Shown piece by piece: positions 9,213 through 18,672 of a stretch of 64,000 nt of DNA; the first letter of the stretch is position 1, and each line of letters starts with the position of its first letter. Source of the stretch: an uncultured Candidatus Saccharibacteria bacterium. GTDB taxonomy: Bacteria > Patescibacteriota > WWE3 > 2-01-FULL-39-13. The notes below the pieces were generated by a model. That model saw nothing but the letters and a program-made list of their open reading frames with translations, ran no database searches and had not been told where the DNA came from. The DNA is taken from positions 19,281-83,280 of the forward strand of contig CAZEDS010000003.1 in NCBI GenBank assembly GCA_964510925.1. Reading direction: 5' to 3'. Made by a program: the position numbers and the translations under genes.

Positions 9213-9749
9213 TTATCGACAAACCACTTTAATAACTGTACCTGTCATTAAATAGTTTTTGTACCTATTTAGTCGATAAAAGTAATCATTTCTACAAAAC
9301 TTCATTGAAATTTTATAGTAGCTATCACCCTTTCTTACTTTATAGTAGATTGGTTTATTTTTAGGAGTAACCTTATTCGTGATCACGGGTTTTGGTGTTA
9401 CAACAGGGGTAGGGGTAGGCGTTACTGTAGGAACAACAGTTGGGGTAGGCGATACTAAAGCTTCATTTTTTTCACTTTGAAATATTTCAGTAAAATCAGG
9501 CTTTGGTTCTAATTCATCATAAACACTTGTATATGACGCTTTGTCCGTAATTTTGCCTCCAGGTCTTGAAAAATCGTGGTCATTAATATAATTCCAAACA
9601 AAAACTCCTGCAGGTATCAATAGTATTGCGATAACTGTTGCTACAGCTTTTGCTGAATCAGTTTCATACCATGTGATTAATTTATCCTGATAATCTTTGA
9701 GATCTAGACCTTTTGATGTTTCTTTTGGGTTTTGTTTTTTTTCAGACAT
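9213..9749 (-). CDS. LysM-domain membrane-anchored protein with Pro/Thr-rich linker
   Basis: N-terminal TM, PTPTVVPTVTPTPTP linker, C-terminal LysM-like YYKVRKGDSYYKIS. Confidence 0.55.
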   Translation of the reverse strand: MSEKKQNPKETSKGLDLKDYQDKLITWYETDSAKAVATVIAILLIPAGVFVWNYINDHDFSRPGGKITDKASYTSVYDELEPKPDFTEIFQSEKNEALVSPTPTVVPTVTPTPTPVVTPKPVITNKVTPKNKPIYYKVRKGDSYYKISMKFCRNDYFYRLNRYKNYLMTGTVIKVVCR

Positions 9750-9897
9750 TTATCTACCGCCTTATCGGTTTAGATTAATATCGGAAGGATGAATCCTCGC
9801 CGACTAATCAAAATAATAATTTATAAAACTATTTTAAATCCTTGGCAGAGGAGTATTACTCTAGAATTATACTATTAAATAAGACATTAATTCAAAA

Positions 9898-11601
9898 CTA
9901 TTTGCTGAAATTCGGAATCCAAAGATCTTTTGCTTCAAGCCAACCTTTTTTGCCCATATCCAAGCCATATTTCATATTCGCAAGTTCATCAATATGGTGA
10001 GCATCCGTATTAATGGCAATTTTGCAACCATGCTTAGTAGCTTCTTTAATTAGCTCCCAAGATAAATCTAATCTAGATGGATGCGAATTAATTTCCATAG
10101 CAACACCATGATCTGCTGCGGCTTTAAAGACTTCGGCATAATCAAATTCATATCCAGGGCGCTGATTTATTAGGCGATTTCTAGGATGTGCAATTAACGA
10201 TGTTAATGGATTTTCAATAGCCTTTATCAATCTTTTGGTCATATCAGCTTTGCTCATTCCATTAGAAAAATGTGCAGACGCAATCACATAATCAAGCTGT
10301 TTTAACATCATAGGATCAAATTCAAGGTTTCCTTCTTTGTCGATCTCAACTTCAGCGGACGCTAATATTTTGATTGTTCCAATTTTGGCGTCCGCTGTTC
10401 TAATCGCTTTTAAATAAGCATCAAAACCTGACTCATCGATCGCATTTGCAATTTTAAGTTTTCCAAAATGATCCGAAATTCCCATAACTTTGTAACCACG
10501 TTCTGTGCACGCTTGTGCCATTTCTTCAATAGAAAACGCACCATCACTATTTGTTGTGTGCATATGAAAATCACCAACAATATCTTTTTGTTCAATCAGC
10601 TTTGGAAGTTTATTTGCGATTGAAGCTTCGATTTCTCCTGAGTTTTCCCTTAATAATGGATCTATATAATGGCCAAGAATTTTTTCATAAATTTTTTCTT
10701 CACTTTTGCTTTCAATCATTTTTTCAGAATCACGTTCAACCAATCCATATTCTGATAATTTGTAACCTTTTTCGATTGCGATTTGCCTGAGCTTTACGTT
10801 GTGTTCTTTGCTTCCTGTAAAATATTGTAGGGCAGAGCCAAATAGATCTATATCTAAAAGCCTTATATCAACCTGCATTTTTGATTTTAGCCAAACTGAA
10901 TTTTTTGTTTCACCTTGACCAAGAATTTTTTCTACTCCTGAATAATTTACAAAATACTCTGAGGTTTTTTCAGGATTTTCTGAGGAAATTAATATATCAA
11001 TATCGCCAATGGTCTCTGCTTTTCGTCTGTAAGATCCAACGACTTCCATTTTTTTTATGTTTGAATCTAATTTTAAATAGGCGAGAAGCTGCTCAATTTC
11101 TCGTTCAGCTTGTCCTAGTGTTACTCGATCCTTGTTTTTTATTGAAAATTGTATGCTTTCTAAAATTTTTGTCTGCTTTTTCTCGCCAAAACTATCAAGT
11201 CCAGAAATTAAATTTTGTTCAGCAGCTTTTTTGAGCGAATCTAAATCAGTTATACCGAGTTCGTTATAAAGTTTTAAAATTGTCTTAGGTCCAATGCCTT
11301 GAACTTTTAACAATTCTTCAAGATTTACAGGACTTTGAGATTTCATATCTTCGTAGTCATTAATTTTATTTGTTTTAACAAACTCTAAAATTAAATCAGC
11401 AATTTTTGCGCCAATACCTTCAAGTGCCACTAATTTTTTATGATCTTGCCATTCAGGCTCAGCCAAATCAAAAGGCAACTTGCTTACTATCTCTGAAGCT
11501 TTTTTAAAAGCACGTGCTCTAAAAAAAGCATTCTTTTCAGATGACATTTCGCAATATGCGCCCATATTTATAAATATTTGTGAAAGCTGATCATTAATCA
11601 T
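9898..11601 (-). CDS. polX: DNA polymerase/3'-5' exonuclease PolX (Pol beta-like core + PHP domain)
   Basis: HhH motifs GIGAKIADLI / GIGPKT, nucleotidyltransferase GSYRRKAETIGDIDIL, C-terminal PHP FHMHTTNSDG. Confidence 0.85.
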   Translation of the reverse strand: MINDQLSQIFINMGAYCEMSSEKNAFFRARAFKKASEIVSKLPFDLAEPEWQDHKKLVALEGIGAKIADLILEFVKTNKINDYEDMKSQSPVNLEELLKVQGIGPKTILKLYNELGITDLDSLKKAAEQNLISGLDSFGEKKQTKILESIQFSIKNKDRVTLGQAEREIEQLLAYLKLDSNIKKMEVVGSYRRKAETIGDIDILISSENPEKTSEYFVNYSGVEKILGQGETKNSVWLKSKMQVDIRLLDIDLFGSALQYFTGSKEHNVKLRQIAIEKGYKLSEYGLVERDSEKMIESKSEEKIYEKILGHYIDPLLRENSGEIEASIANKLPKLIEQKDIVGDFHMHTTNSDGAFSIEEMAQACTERGYKVMGISDHFGKLKIANAIDESGFDAYLKAIRTADAKIGTIKILASAEVEIDKEGNLEFDPMMLKQLDYVIASAHFSNGMSKADMTKRLIKAIENPLTSLIAHPRNRLINQRPGYEFDYAEVFKAAADHGVAMEINSHPSRLDLSWELIKEATKHGCKIAINTDAHHIDELANMKYGLDMGKKGWLEAKDLWIPNFSK

Positions 11602-11639
11602 AAATAAATCCGAACTAAATCAACGATTTAATAACTACC

Positions 11640-12073
11640 ATTAATCCCAATAGTAGCATTGCTTTTTGAGATTTGGTAATTCTATATAGAATATTTGTCC
11701 AGCCATTGCATAGACCTATAGTTGTTTGACTTTTTGTATAAATTTGCTATATTTATGCGCAAGTTGCACGAAAGTAACAACAAATGCGTTGTTACGCGGG
11801 TAACTAAATGATCCTGGGAGGGAGCCATGAGATTTAAGATGTTTTTCCTATTCATCGTTTTGGTGATACTTTTGATTCCAGCGATGGCATGTGTCGACTT
11901 GTCCGACGACAGATGGGTGCCGGGAGGTGCACCAATCTGTGAGGTTTGCCCATAAGGCAAACCTCAGCAGGAGGGGATTCCTTTCATTTCGCCTTTTTGG
12001 CAAAATGTTTGTGAATCCTCTCCTGTGTACTTTTTTAGAATTTTCCAATTTATTAATTTTATTGAAGTTTAGA
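11640..12073. ncRNA. candidate structured ncRNA (unassigned; RNase P RNA / SRP RNA / 6S are hypotheses to test)
   Basis: About 430 bp between polX and dnaJ with only short mutually overlapping ORFs; GC-richer than the flanks; adjacent perfect hairpins ACAGAT-GGGTGCCGGGAGGTGCACCA-ATCTGT and GAGGTTTGCC-CATAA-GGCAAACCTC. Confidence 0.25.
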
Positions 12074-12988
12074 TCAAAACAGGTCTTCTAAGGCAGATTT
12101 TTGAGTGCGTGTGAGTTTTTTAGGAATCTCAACCTTTAATGTTACATAATGATCGCCACGACCATAACCTTTTGGATGGGGCATTCCGTAACCTTTTATT
12201 TTAAATTGCGTGTTTGGTTGAGTTCCTTCAGGGATTTTTAGATCTTTTTCTGAAAATCCTGTGTCAGATTTTGGATCAACAACTTTGATTTTTACTTTTC
12301 CACCTAAAATTGCATCTTTAACGCTAATATTAGAAATTGAATGGATATCAAAGCCATCTCTTACAAATTCTTTGTGATCTTTTACTGAAATAACAATAAA
12401 AAGGTCGCCATTAGGCATGTCTTTTGGACCTTTTTCGCCGTAGCCCTCAAATTTTACTTTTGTACCTTCGACAACACCTGAAGGGAGTTTAATTTTTAGA
12501 TTTTTTCCATTTACGCTAATCGTTTGCTCAACTCCTTTAATAGAATCAACAAATTCAATCTGCAAACCATAAGTTAAATCACGACCTTTGCGTTGTTTTG
12601 AAAAACCTCTAAATCCAAAAATTTCTTCAAAAATATCAGAAGGATCAATATTATCGAAATCACTTGAGTTAAAGCCGTTTGATGAACTCCATTGGTAATA
12701 ACTGCCGTTTCTTTGGCCACCAAATGGATTGCCTGCTCCTGCATTTTGGCTATAGCCGCCACCTTTATTAAAGGCTGCTGAACCAAATTGATCATATTGC
12801 TGACGTTTTTCTTTATCACCTAGAACTTGATAGGCTTCGTTAATTTCTTTGAATTTTTCTTCTGCATTTGGTTTTGATTTAGCTACATCTGGATGCCATT
12901 CTCTTGCGAGTTTTCTATAGGCACTTTTTATTTCTGCTTCAGTTGCAGTTTTGTTTACTCCTAATGTTTGATAATAATCTTTAGACAT
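12074..12988 (-). CDS. dnaJ: DnaJ-family co-chaperone (type II, no zinc finger), start taken at MSKDYYQTLGV
   Basis: J-domain with HPD, Gly/Phe-rich region, C-terminal substrate-binding domains; last gene of hrcA-grpE-dnaK operon. Confidence 0.85.
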   Translation of the reverse strand: MSKDYYQTLGVNKTATEAEIKSAYRKLAREWHPDVAKSKPNAEEKFKEINEAYQVLGDKEKRQQYDQFGSAAFNKGGGYSQNAGAGNPFGGQRNGSYYQWSSSNGFNSSDFDNIDPSDIFEEIFGFRGFSKQRKGRDLTYGLQIEFVDSIKGVEQTISVNGKNLKIKLPSGVVEGTKVKFEGYGEKGPKDMPNGDLFIVISVKDHKEFVRDGFDIHSISNISVKDAILGGKVKIKVVDPKSDTGFSEKDLKIPEGTQPNTQFKIKGYGMPHPKGYGRGDHYVTLKVEIPKKLTRTQKSALEDLF

Positions 12989-13059
12989 TGTTAAAACCTC
13001 AAACAAAAAGGGAGGGTGACCTCCCTTTTTGCTCAAAAAAATTCAAATATGTGATGAAC

Positions 13060-14967
13060 TTATTCTACAGTTCCTTCTACAACATCACCATCAGTTTTAG
13101 GATTTTGTCCCGACTGATTTTGATCATTTGGTGTAGCGCCTGAACCTTGTGGGTTTTCAGCATTCGGTTGTTGATACATTGCTGCACCAATTTCTTGAAT
13201 TAATTTGCTTAATTCATCAGTTTTTGATTGTATAGCATCAGGTTCTTGCGAAGTTTTTAAAGTTTCTTTTAGTTCTGCTATCAATTTTTCTGCTGATTCT
13301 TTTTTATCTGCTGCGACTTTATCGGCACCATCTTTTAGTGTTTTTTCTGCAGTATAAATTAAGTTTTCACCAGTATTTTTGACTTCAGCTAATTTTTTAC
13401 GCTTTAAATCTTCATCTTTATGTTTTTCGGCCTCTTGAACCATTCGCTTGATTTCGTCATCTGATAAACCAGTACTTCCTTGAATAGTTATTTTTTGAAC
13501 TTTGCCTGAAGCTTTATCCTTAGCAGAAACATTCAAAATTCCATTTGCATCAAGATCAAAAGTAACTTCGACTTGAGGAATACCTCTTGGAGCAGGTGGA
13601 ATCCCATCAAGAATAAATGTACCCAATGATTTATTATCAGCGGCCATTTCTCTTTCACCTTGTAATACATTAATTTGAACACTTGTTTGATTATCAGCTG
13701 CAGTGCTAAATGTTTCTGAAGCACTAGTTGGAATTGTAGTGTTTCTCTTAATTAATGGTGTCATTACCCCACCAAGTGTTTCTAAACCAAGCGTTAATGG
13801 CGTTACATCAAGCAATACCACGTCTTTGACATCGCCAGTCAAAACTCCGCCTTGAATTGCAGCACCAATAGCTACAACTTCATCAGGGTTAACTCCTTGA
13901 TGTGGGTCTTTACCAAATTTTGATTTAACTCGTTCTACAATTTTTGGTGTTCTTGTCATTCCACCAACTAAAACAACTTCGTTAATTTCAGAAGGTTGCA
14001 TTGAAGCATCCTTTAAAGATTGATCAACTGGGCCAAATGTACCTTCAATCAAATCTGAAACTAATTGTTCATATTTTGCACGTGTCAAAGTAATATCCAA
14101 ATGTTTTGGACCATTTTGATCCGCAGTAATAAATGGAATATTAATTTGCGTGGTATCAACATTACTTAACTCAATTTTGGCTTTTTCAGCTGAATCCTTT
14201 AGACGCTGCATAGCTTGTTTATCTTGAGTAATATCGATTCCATTTTCTTTTTTGAATTCGCTTGCGAGCCAATCAATGATTCGTTTATCAAAATCATCTC
14301 CTCCTAATAAGGTGTTACCGTTTGTAGATTTAACTTCAAAAACTCCGTCTCCAATTTCTAGAACAGAAATATCAAATGTACCTCCGCCCAAATCATATAC
14401 GGCAATTTTTTCATTAGATTTTTTATCTAATCCATAAGCGAGAGAAGCAGCCGTTGGTTCATTGACGATTCTTTCAACTTCAAAACCAGCGATTTTACCT
14501 GCTTCTTTTGTTGCATTACGTTGTGCATCATTAAAATATGCAGGTACAGTAATTACAGCTTTTGAAATTGGCTGACCAATAAATTTTTCAGCATCAACTT
14601 TGAGTTTCATTAAAACTCGAGCTGAAATTTCCTGTGGTGTGTAGTCTTTTCCTTCGACTTCAACAACAGCCATTCCATTTGCACCAGCTTTAATGGTGTA
14701 GGGGACTTCTGTTTTGATTTTTTGAACTTCGGCATCGCTGAACTTTCGACCCATAATACTTTTTACAGAATAAATTGTATTTTTTGGGTTTATTACAGCT
14801 TGTCGTTTTGCAGCTTTACCAACTACAAATGTTCCATTTGAAATAGTTACTACTGAAGGTGTTGTACGATCTCCTTCGGCATTAGGCACGATTACTGGCT
14901 TACCACCTTCCATGAAAGCCATTGCGCTGTTTGTTGTACCGAGGTCAATTCCTAATATTTTTGACAT
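13060..14967 (-). CDS. dnaK: molecular chaperone DnaK (Hsp70)
   Basis: [21 protein letters not shown] and full Hsp70 architecture. Confidence 0.95.
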   Translation of the reverse strand: MSKILGIDLGTTNSAMAFMEGGKPVIVPNAEGDRTTPSVVTISNGTFVVGKAAKRQAVINPKNTIYSVKSIMGRKFSDAEVQKIKTEVPYTIKAGANGMAVVEVEGKDYTPQEISARVLMKLKVDAEKFIGQPISKAVITVPAYFNDAQRNATKEAGKIAGFEVERIVNEPTAASLAYGLDKKSNEKIAVYDLGGGTFDISVLEIGDGVFEVKSTNGNTLLGGDDFDKRIIDWLASEFKKENGIDITQDKQAMQRLKDSAEKAKIELSNVDTTQINIPFITADQNGPKHLDITLTRAKYEQLVSDLIEGTFGPVDQSLKDASMQPSEINEVVLVGGMTRTPKIVERVKSKFGKDPHQGVNPDEVVAIGAAIQGGVLTGDVKDVVLLDVTPLTLGLETLGGVMTPLIKRNTTIPTSASETFSTAADNQTSVQINVLQGEREMAADNKSLGTFILDGIPPAPRGIPQVEVTFDLDANGILNVSAKDKASGKVQKITIQGSTGLSDDEIKRMVQEAEKHKDEDLKRKKLAEVKNTGENLIYTAEKTLKDGADKVAADKKESAEKLIAELKETLKTSQEPDAIQSKTDELSKLIQEIGAAMYQQPNAENPQGSGATPNDQNQSGQNPKTDGDVVEGTVE

Positions 14968-14997
14968 ATTTTTAAAATTAAATATTTAAACTAACTG

Positions 14998-15495
14998 TTA
15001 ACTTTTTGAACTTTTATTTCCATTACCAACGGATACCATTGCTGGTCTTAGTAACTTATCGTTTAATTTATATCCTTTTCGATAAGTTTTAATGACTTTA
15101 TCTTTTTCTCCATCTACGGTCTCAATTGCTTCATGTAGATCTGCCTCAAAACTTGCATCCTCTGTTTTAATTTCTTCGACTCCTTCAGACTTTAAAATCT
15201 TTTTAAGCTTTTCAACTATTGATCTAAGCCCAGCATCATCAATGTGCGCGACGCAATTTTCAAGATCATCCAAAACTTCAACTATTTTTTTTAACAAACC
15301 TTCAGAAGCAAAAGCAATAAAATTTGCACGTTCTTCGTTAGTTCTGCGTTGCAAGTTTTGATAATCTGCCACCGAACGTAAAAACCTTTCTTCTAATGTT
15401 TTGATTTGTTCATCTTTTGGATCGACAACATTGTCTTGATCCTGATTAATATCATCTGTGTCTTTTTTCATATTTTTATTAACTATTTGACTCAA
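14998..15495 (-). CDS. grpE: nucleotide exchange factor GrpE
   Basis: GrpE fold signature and position between hrcA and dnaK. Confidence 0.85.
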   Translation of the reverse strand: MSQIVNKNMKKDTDDINQDQDNVVDPKDEQIKTLEERFLRSVADYQNLQRRTNEERANFIAFASEGLLKKIVEVLDDLENCVAHIDDAGLRSIVEKLKKILKSEGVEEIKTEDASFEADLHEAIETVDGEKDKVIKTYRKGYKLNDKLLRPAMVSVGNGNKSSKS

Positions 15496-16207
15496 AAATG
15501 CTTTCGATAGTTTGTGTTAAATACCTTACAAGCGGAATATCTTTATAATATTTTGTTCTTGCAGGTGCAATTAGGCCTAAATAACAATTTGTACTCCCTA
15601 AAGCGGCCTTACTAAAAATAATCGAAATATTTTCCATATTAGGTAATCCAATCTCATTACCAACCATGACTGATACATCGTCATCCATCTCATGGTTTTT
15701 TACGATTTCGATTAGTTTGTCACCATCATCAATTAGTCTAAAAACAGCTTTTGTAACATCCATTTCATAAAATTCAGGTAAATTTAGAATTTTAGAAACT
15801 CCAGAAAAAGTTGTAAATCCATTTTCAGACAAACCAAAGGCTAAATAATTGGTTGACTGACATAATGCTGAAACCGCATCTTTTAAAAGTGCAAAATACT
15901 CCTTTTGGTTATCATTGATTTTACTTTTGATTTCCATCTCTTCAACCAATGAAACAGGCTCCTCAATCATCAAATCATCAATATAGTAACGATAGGCGAG
16001 GTAAGTAGGCTTTCTTCCGCTTGAAACATGAACCATGCTTAAATAACCATTACGCACTAAATCAGCCATAACATTACGAACAGTTGCCCCGCTTAAGGGT
16101 AACTGTCTTCGCTCAACCAACTCTACGGAGGCAATTGGTGAAGCACTGTCCATATATTCTTCAATTATTGCCTTTAAAATTTCAGCTTGTCTCGAAGTTA
16201 ATATCAT
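15479..16207 (-). CDS. hrcA: heat-inducible transcription repressor HrcA (short form, 242 aa)
   Basis: N-terminal winged helix LTSRQAEILKAIIEEY...ASPIAS...LSGATVRNVMADL; operon position. Confidence 0.75.
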   Translation of the reverse strand: MILTSRQAEILKAIIEEYMDSASPIASVELVERRQLPLSGATVRNVMADLVRNGYLSMVHVSSGRKPTYLAYRYYIDDLMIEEPVSLVEEMEIKSKINDNQKEYFALLKDAVSALCQSTNYLAFGLSENGFTTFSGVSKILNLPEFYEMDVTKAVFRLIDDGDKLIEIVKNHEMDDDVSVMVGNEIGLPNMENISIIFSKAALGSTNCYLGLIAPARTKYYKDIPLVRYLTQTIESIFESNS

Positions 16208-16229
16208 AAGTTATGGTATGCTGTTTTCA

Positions 16230-16245
16230 TTAATTACAGAATTAA
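16230..16245. promoter_or_regulatory. inverted repeat TTAATT-ACAG-AATTAA in the 57-bp divergent hrcA/ksgA promoter region (no canonical CIRCE present)
   Basis: Read from sequence; CIRCE consensus TTAGCACTC-N9-GAGTGCTAA not found anywhere near the operon. Confidence 0.25.
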
Positions 16246-16264
16246 TTTAATTCCGTTTATCAAT

Positions 16265-17119
16265 ATGCTAACCCGAGTGACAAAAGTCGTCAATGAGGAA
16301 AAATCCTTCTTGAATCATCAAGATCAATCCCGTGACATAAGCCAAAATCGACCTTATCCTATCAAAAGTCTTGGTCAAAATTATCTACAAAATAGGGCTG
16401 TGATAAGCCAAATAGTAGCAAAGTTGGAACTTAAGGATTCAGATAATCTTTTAGAGATTGGGCCAGGTCCAGGAGCTTTTACTAGTCTAATAAGCCAAAA
16501 TAAATTTAATAAATATTTTTTAGTCGAAATCGATGAACGATTTAATGGAAATCTGTCAAAAATACTTGAAAAGAACTCGCTACATTACGACATTATCAAC
16601 CAAAACTTTCTAGATTACGATTTAACAACATTAACAAAAGAAATTTCTCCATTAATTGTATTTGGGGCAATTCCATATAATATTACCTCGCCAATTTTGC
16701 ACACAATTTTAAAACTAAACATTCGGCCAAAGGTTGTTGTTTTAGTTGTCCAAAAGGAGTTTGCTGAAAAATTACTAAGTCAGAATCCAAGAGCTAATTA
16801 TTGGACATATGCAACCTTAGGTTATTCAATTAGCAAAATAGTAACAATAAAAGCTCAAGATTTTTATCCAGTGCCAAAAGTCGATAGCATGGCTATAAAA
16901 ATGGTGTTAGATCCAACTCAAGATGATTTACTACAAAAGATTGGATTCAGAAAATGGGAAAAATTTCTTCATCACATATACAAAAATCCAAGAAAAATGA
17001 TTAACAAAGTTTTTGATAAAGAAACACTAAACAAACTAGGAATTTCTCCAGACATCAGACCACAAAATTTGAGTTTGCAAGATATGATTAAATTATTAGA
17101 TAATTCAAACATTAAGTAA
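16265..17119 (+). CDS. rsmA: 16S rRNA (adenine1518/1519-N6)-dimethyltransferase RsmA/KsgA
   Basis: LGQNYLQN, SAM motif LLEIGPGPGAFT, FGAIPYNITSPIL. Confidence 0.85.
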   Translation: MLTRVTKVVNEEKSFLNHQDQSRDISQNRPYPIKSLGQNYLQNRAVISQIVAKLELKDSDNLLEIGPGPGAFTSLISQNKFNKYFLVEIDERFNGNLSKILEKNSLHYDIINQNFLDYDLTTLTKEISPLIVFGAIPYNITSPILHTILKLNIRPKVVVLVVQKEFAEKLLSQNPRANYWTYATLGYSISKIVTIKAQDFYPVPKVDSMAIKMVLDPTQDDLLQKIGFRKWEKFLHHIYKNPRKMINKVFDKETLNKLGISPDIRPQNLSLQDMIKLLDNSNIK

Positions 17120-18075
17120 TGGATATTAAAAATGTTAATCATATAGTTCAGTCTGCTGAATGGTCTGATTTTAAAACCGAATTTGGAACAAAAGCTATCA
17201 AAGTCCAAGATATAATATTTACTAAGCATAAAATCCCATTTTTACCTTTTTATGTTGGATATGCTCCAAGAGTAAATTTTTTCACACAAAAATTTGATCT
17301 TAATGAACTAAAAAAAGTTGCAAAGCAAGAAAAATGCATCGTAATTAGGTTTGATGTTCCAAATGTATTAGCATCTGATATTGAATCTGAAACAATCAAA
17401 TCACTTGTATCTCAATTTGCAATTTCACCAAAATCTACCTTTGCAAAACACAATGTTTTGATTGATCTTTCTGACGATTTATTAAAAATATCTGAAAAGT
17501 TTAACCAAAAGGCTAGATATAATATCAAACTCGCAGAAAAAAAAGGTGTAAAAGTTCAACAAATGAATAATGATGAAGGCCTAAAAATTTTTTACGAATT
17601 ACTAAAAGAAACAGGCAAACGTCAGAATTTCCTTCCTCATTCGTTTAAATATTACAAATTCGCATTTGAAAAATTAAGCAAAAATAATAATGCAACAATT
17701 TTAGTCGCAACCTATGAAAACATTCCACTTACAGCATGGATGTTATTTCATAAAGACGGTGTTCTATATTACCCATATGGAGCATCTTCAACTGAGCATA
17801 AAAATCTTATGGCTTCAGATTTAGTCGTTTGGGAAGCATTAAAGTTAGGCAAAGCAAATGGCTGCACCTTGTTTGATATGTGGGGTGCAACAAATGATGA
17901 GAAAAGTCCTTGGTGGGGATTTACTCAGTTCAAATTAAAATTTGGCGGAGCATTAGTTTCATATATTGAATCATATGATTTCGTAATAAATCCGGCCATT
18001 TATAACTTATTTAATATAGCTTACGCAGCATTTTGGAAAATTAGAAAAATCATTCTAAAGATTACTAAACATTAA
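17119..18075 (+). CDS. FemAB-family peptidoglycan interpeptide-bridge aminoacyltransferase
   Basis: FemABX-like motifs ARYNIKLAEKKGV, YYPYGASS, FKLKFGG. Confidence 0.6.
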   Translation: MDIKNVNHIVQSAEWSDFKTEFGTKAIKVQDIIFTKHKIPFLPFYVGYAPRVNFFTQKFDLNELKKVAKQEKCIVIRFDVPNVLASDIESETIKSLVSQFAISPKSTFAKHNVLIDLSDDLLKISEKFNQKARYNIKLAEKKGVKVQQMNNDEGLKIFYELLKETGKRQNFLPHSFKYYKFAFEKLSKNNNATILVATYENIPLTAWMLFHKDGVLYYPYGASSTEHKNLMASDLVVWEALKLGKANGCTLFDMWGATNDEKSPWWGFTQFKLKFGGALVSYIESYDFVINPAIYNLFNIAYAAFWKIRKIILKITKH

Positions 18076-18656
18076 ATTGATTCTTTTCCATACACATAGA
18101 TATTAATAAACTGATTAAATTTTCGGTGGAACAATTTCTCTATTTTTATTGGCTTTAAATCATCAATCTGAAATGCAGGTGTAACAATTAATAAATCAGG
18201 AGATATTGATAATGCTTGTATAATTTGTGGTTTTAATTTTTTCAATAAACTTGGTAATAAATACGCATAGGCAACATCATAATTTGAAAGATCAACTTCA
18301 AAAATCGATTTGCGATAAATTTTGATTTTATCTTTAGAACCATTCAAATAATTTTTAAAAACTGAAATTCTGTATGGCCATGGAGAAATTTCATAACCTT
18401 CAATAGATTCAGAATTAAAAAATTTATTTGCGATAAATAAAACTTTTCCATCTCCTGAGCCAAGATCAACAAATTTTGTAGTTGAATCTAAGCCACATAA
18501 TTTTAATGATTGAAAAATAACAATATCGTCATTTTTAATATATGGAGCACCTTTGATTGTGCTAAAAATTAGCGAGAACAACGCATAAAAAGTTAGTAAA
18601 ATTGTTACCAATAAAATTACCAATAATACGACAGCCAGTAGCAGGAAAAATGACAT
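18072..18656 (-). CDS. membrane-anchored class I SAM-dependent methyltransferase
   Basis: N-terminal TM; motif I FVDLGSGDGKVL. Confidence 0.5.
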   Translation of the reverse strand: MSFFLLLAVVLLVILLVTILLTFYALFSLIFSTIKGAPYIKNDDIVIFQSLKLCGLDSTTKFVDLGSGDGKVLFIANKFFNSESIEGYEISPWPYRISVFKNYLNGSKDKIKIYRKSIFEVDLSNYDVAYAYLLPSLLKKLKPQIIQALSISPDLLIVTPAFQIDDLKPIKIEKLFHRKFNQFINIYVYGKESI

Positions 18657-18672
18657 TTTTTTCTTTCTAACT

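Noticed and set aside
11682-12091. Three short ORFs (66-92 aa) between polX and dnaJ
   Set aside because: Mutually overlapping on both strands, no RBS/start context, region better explained as structured RNA or regulatory DNA.
16208-16264. CIRCE operator upstream of hrcA
   Set aside because: Consensus TTAGCACTC-N9-GAGTGCTAA not present; only a short AT palindrome, reported as low-confidence.
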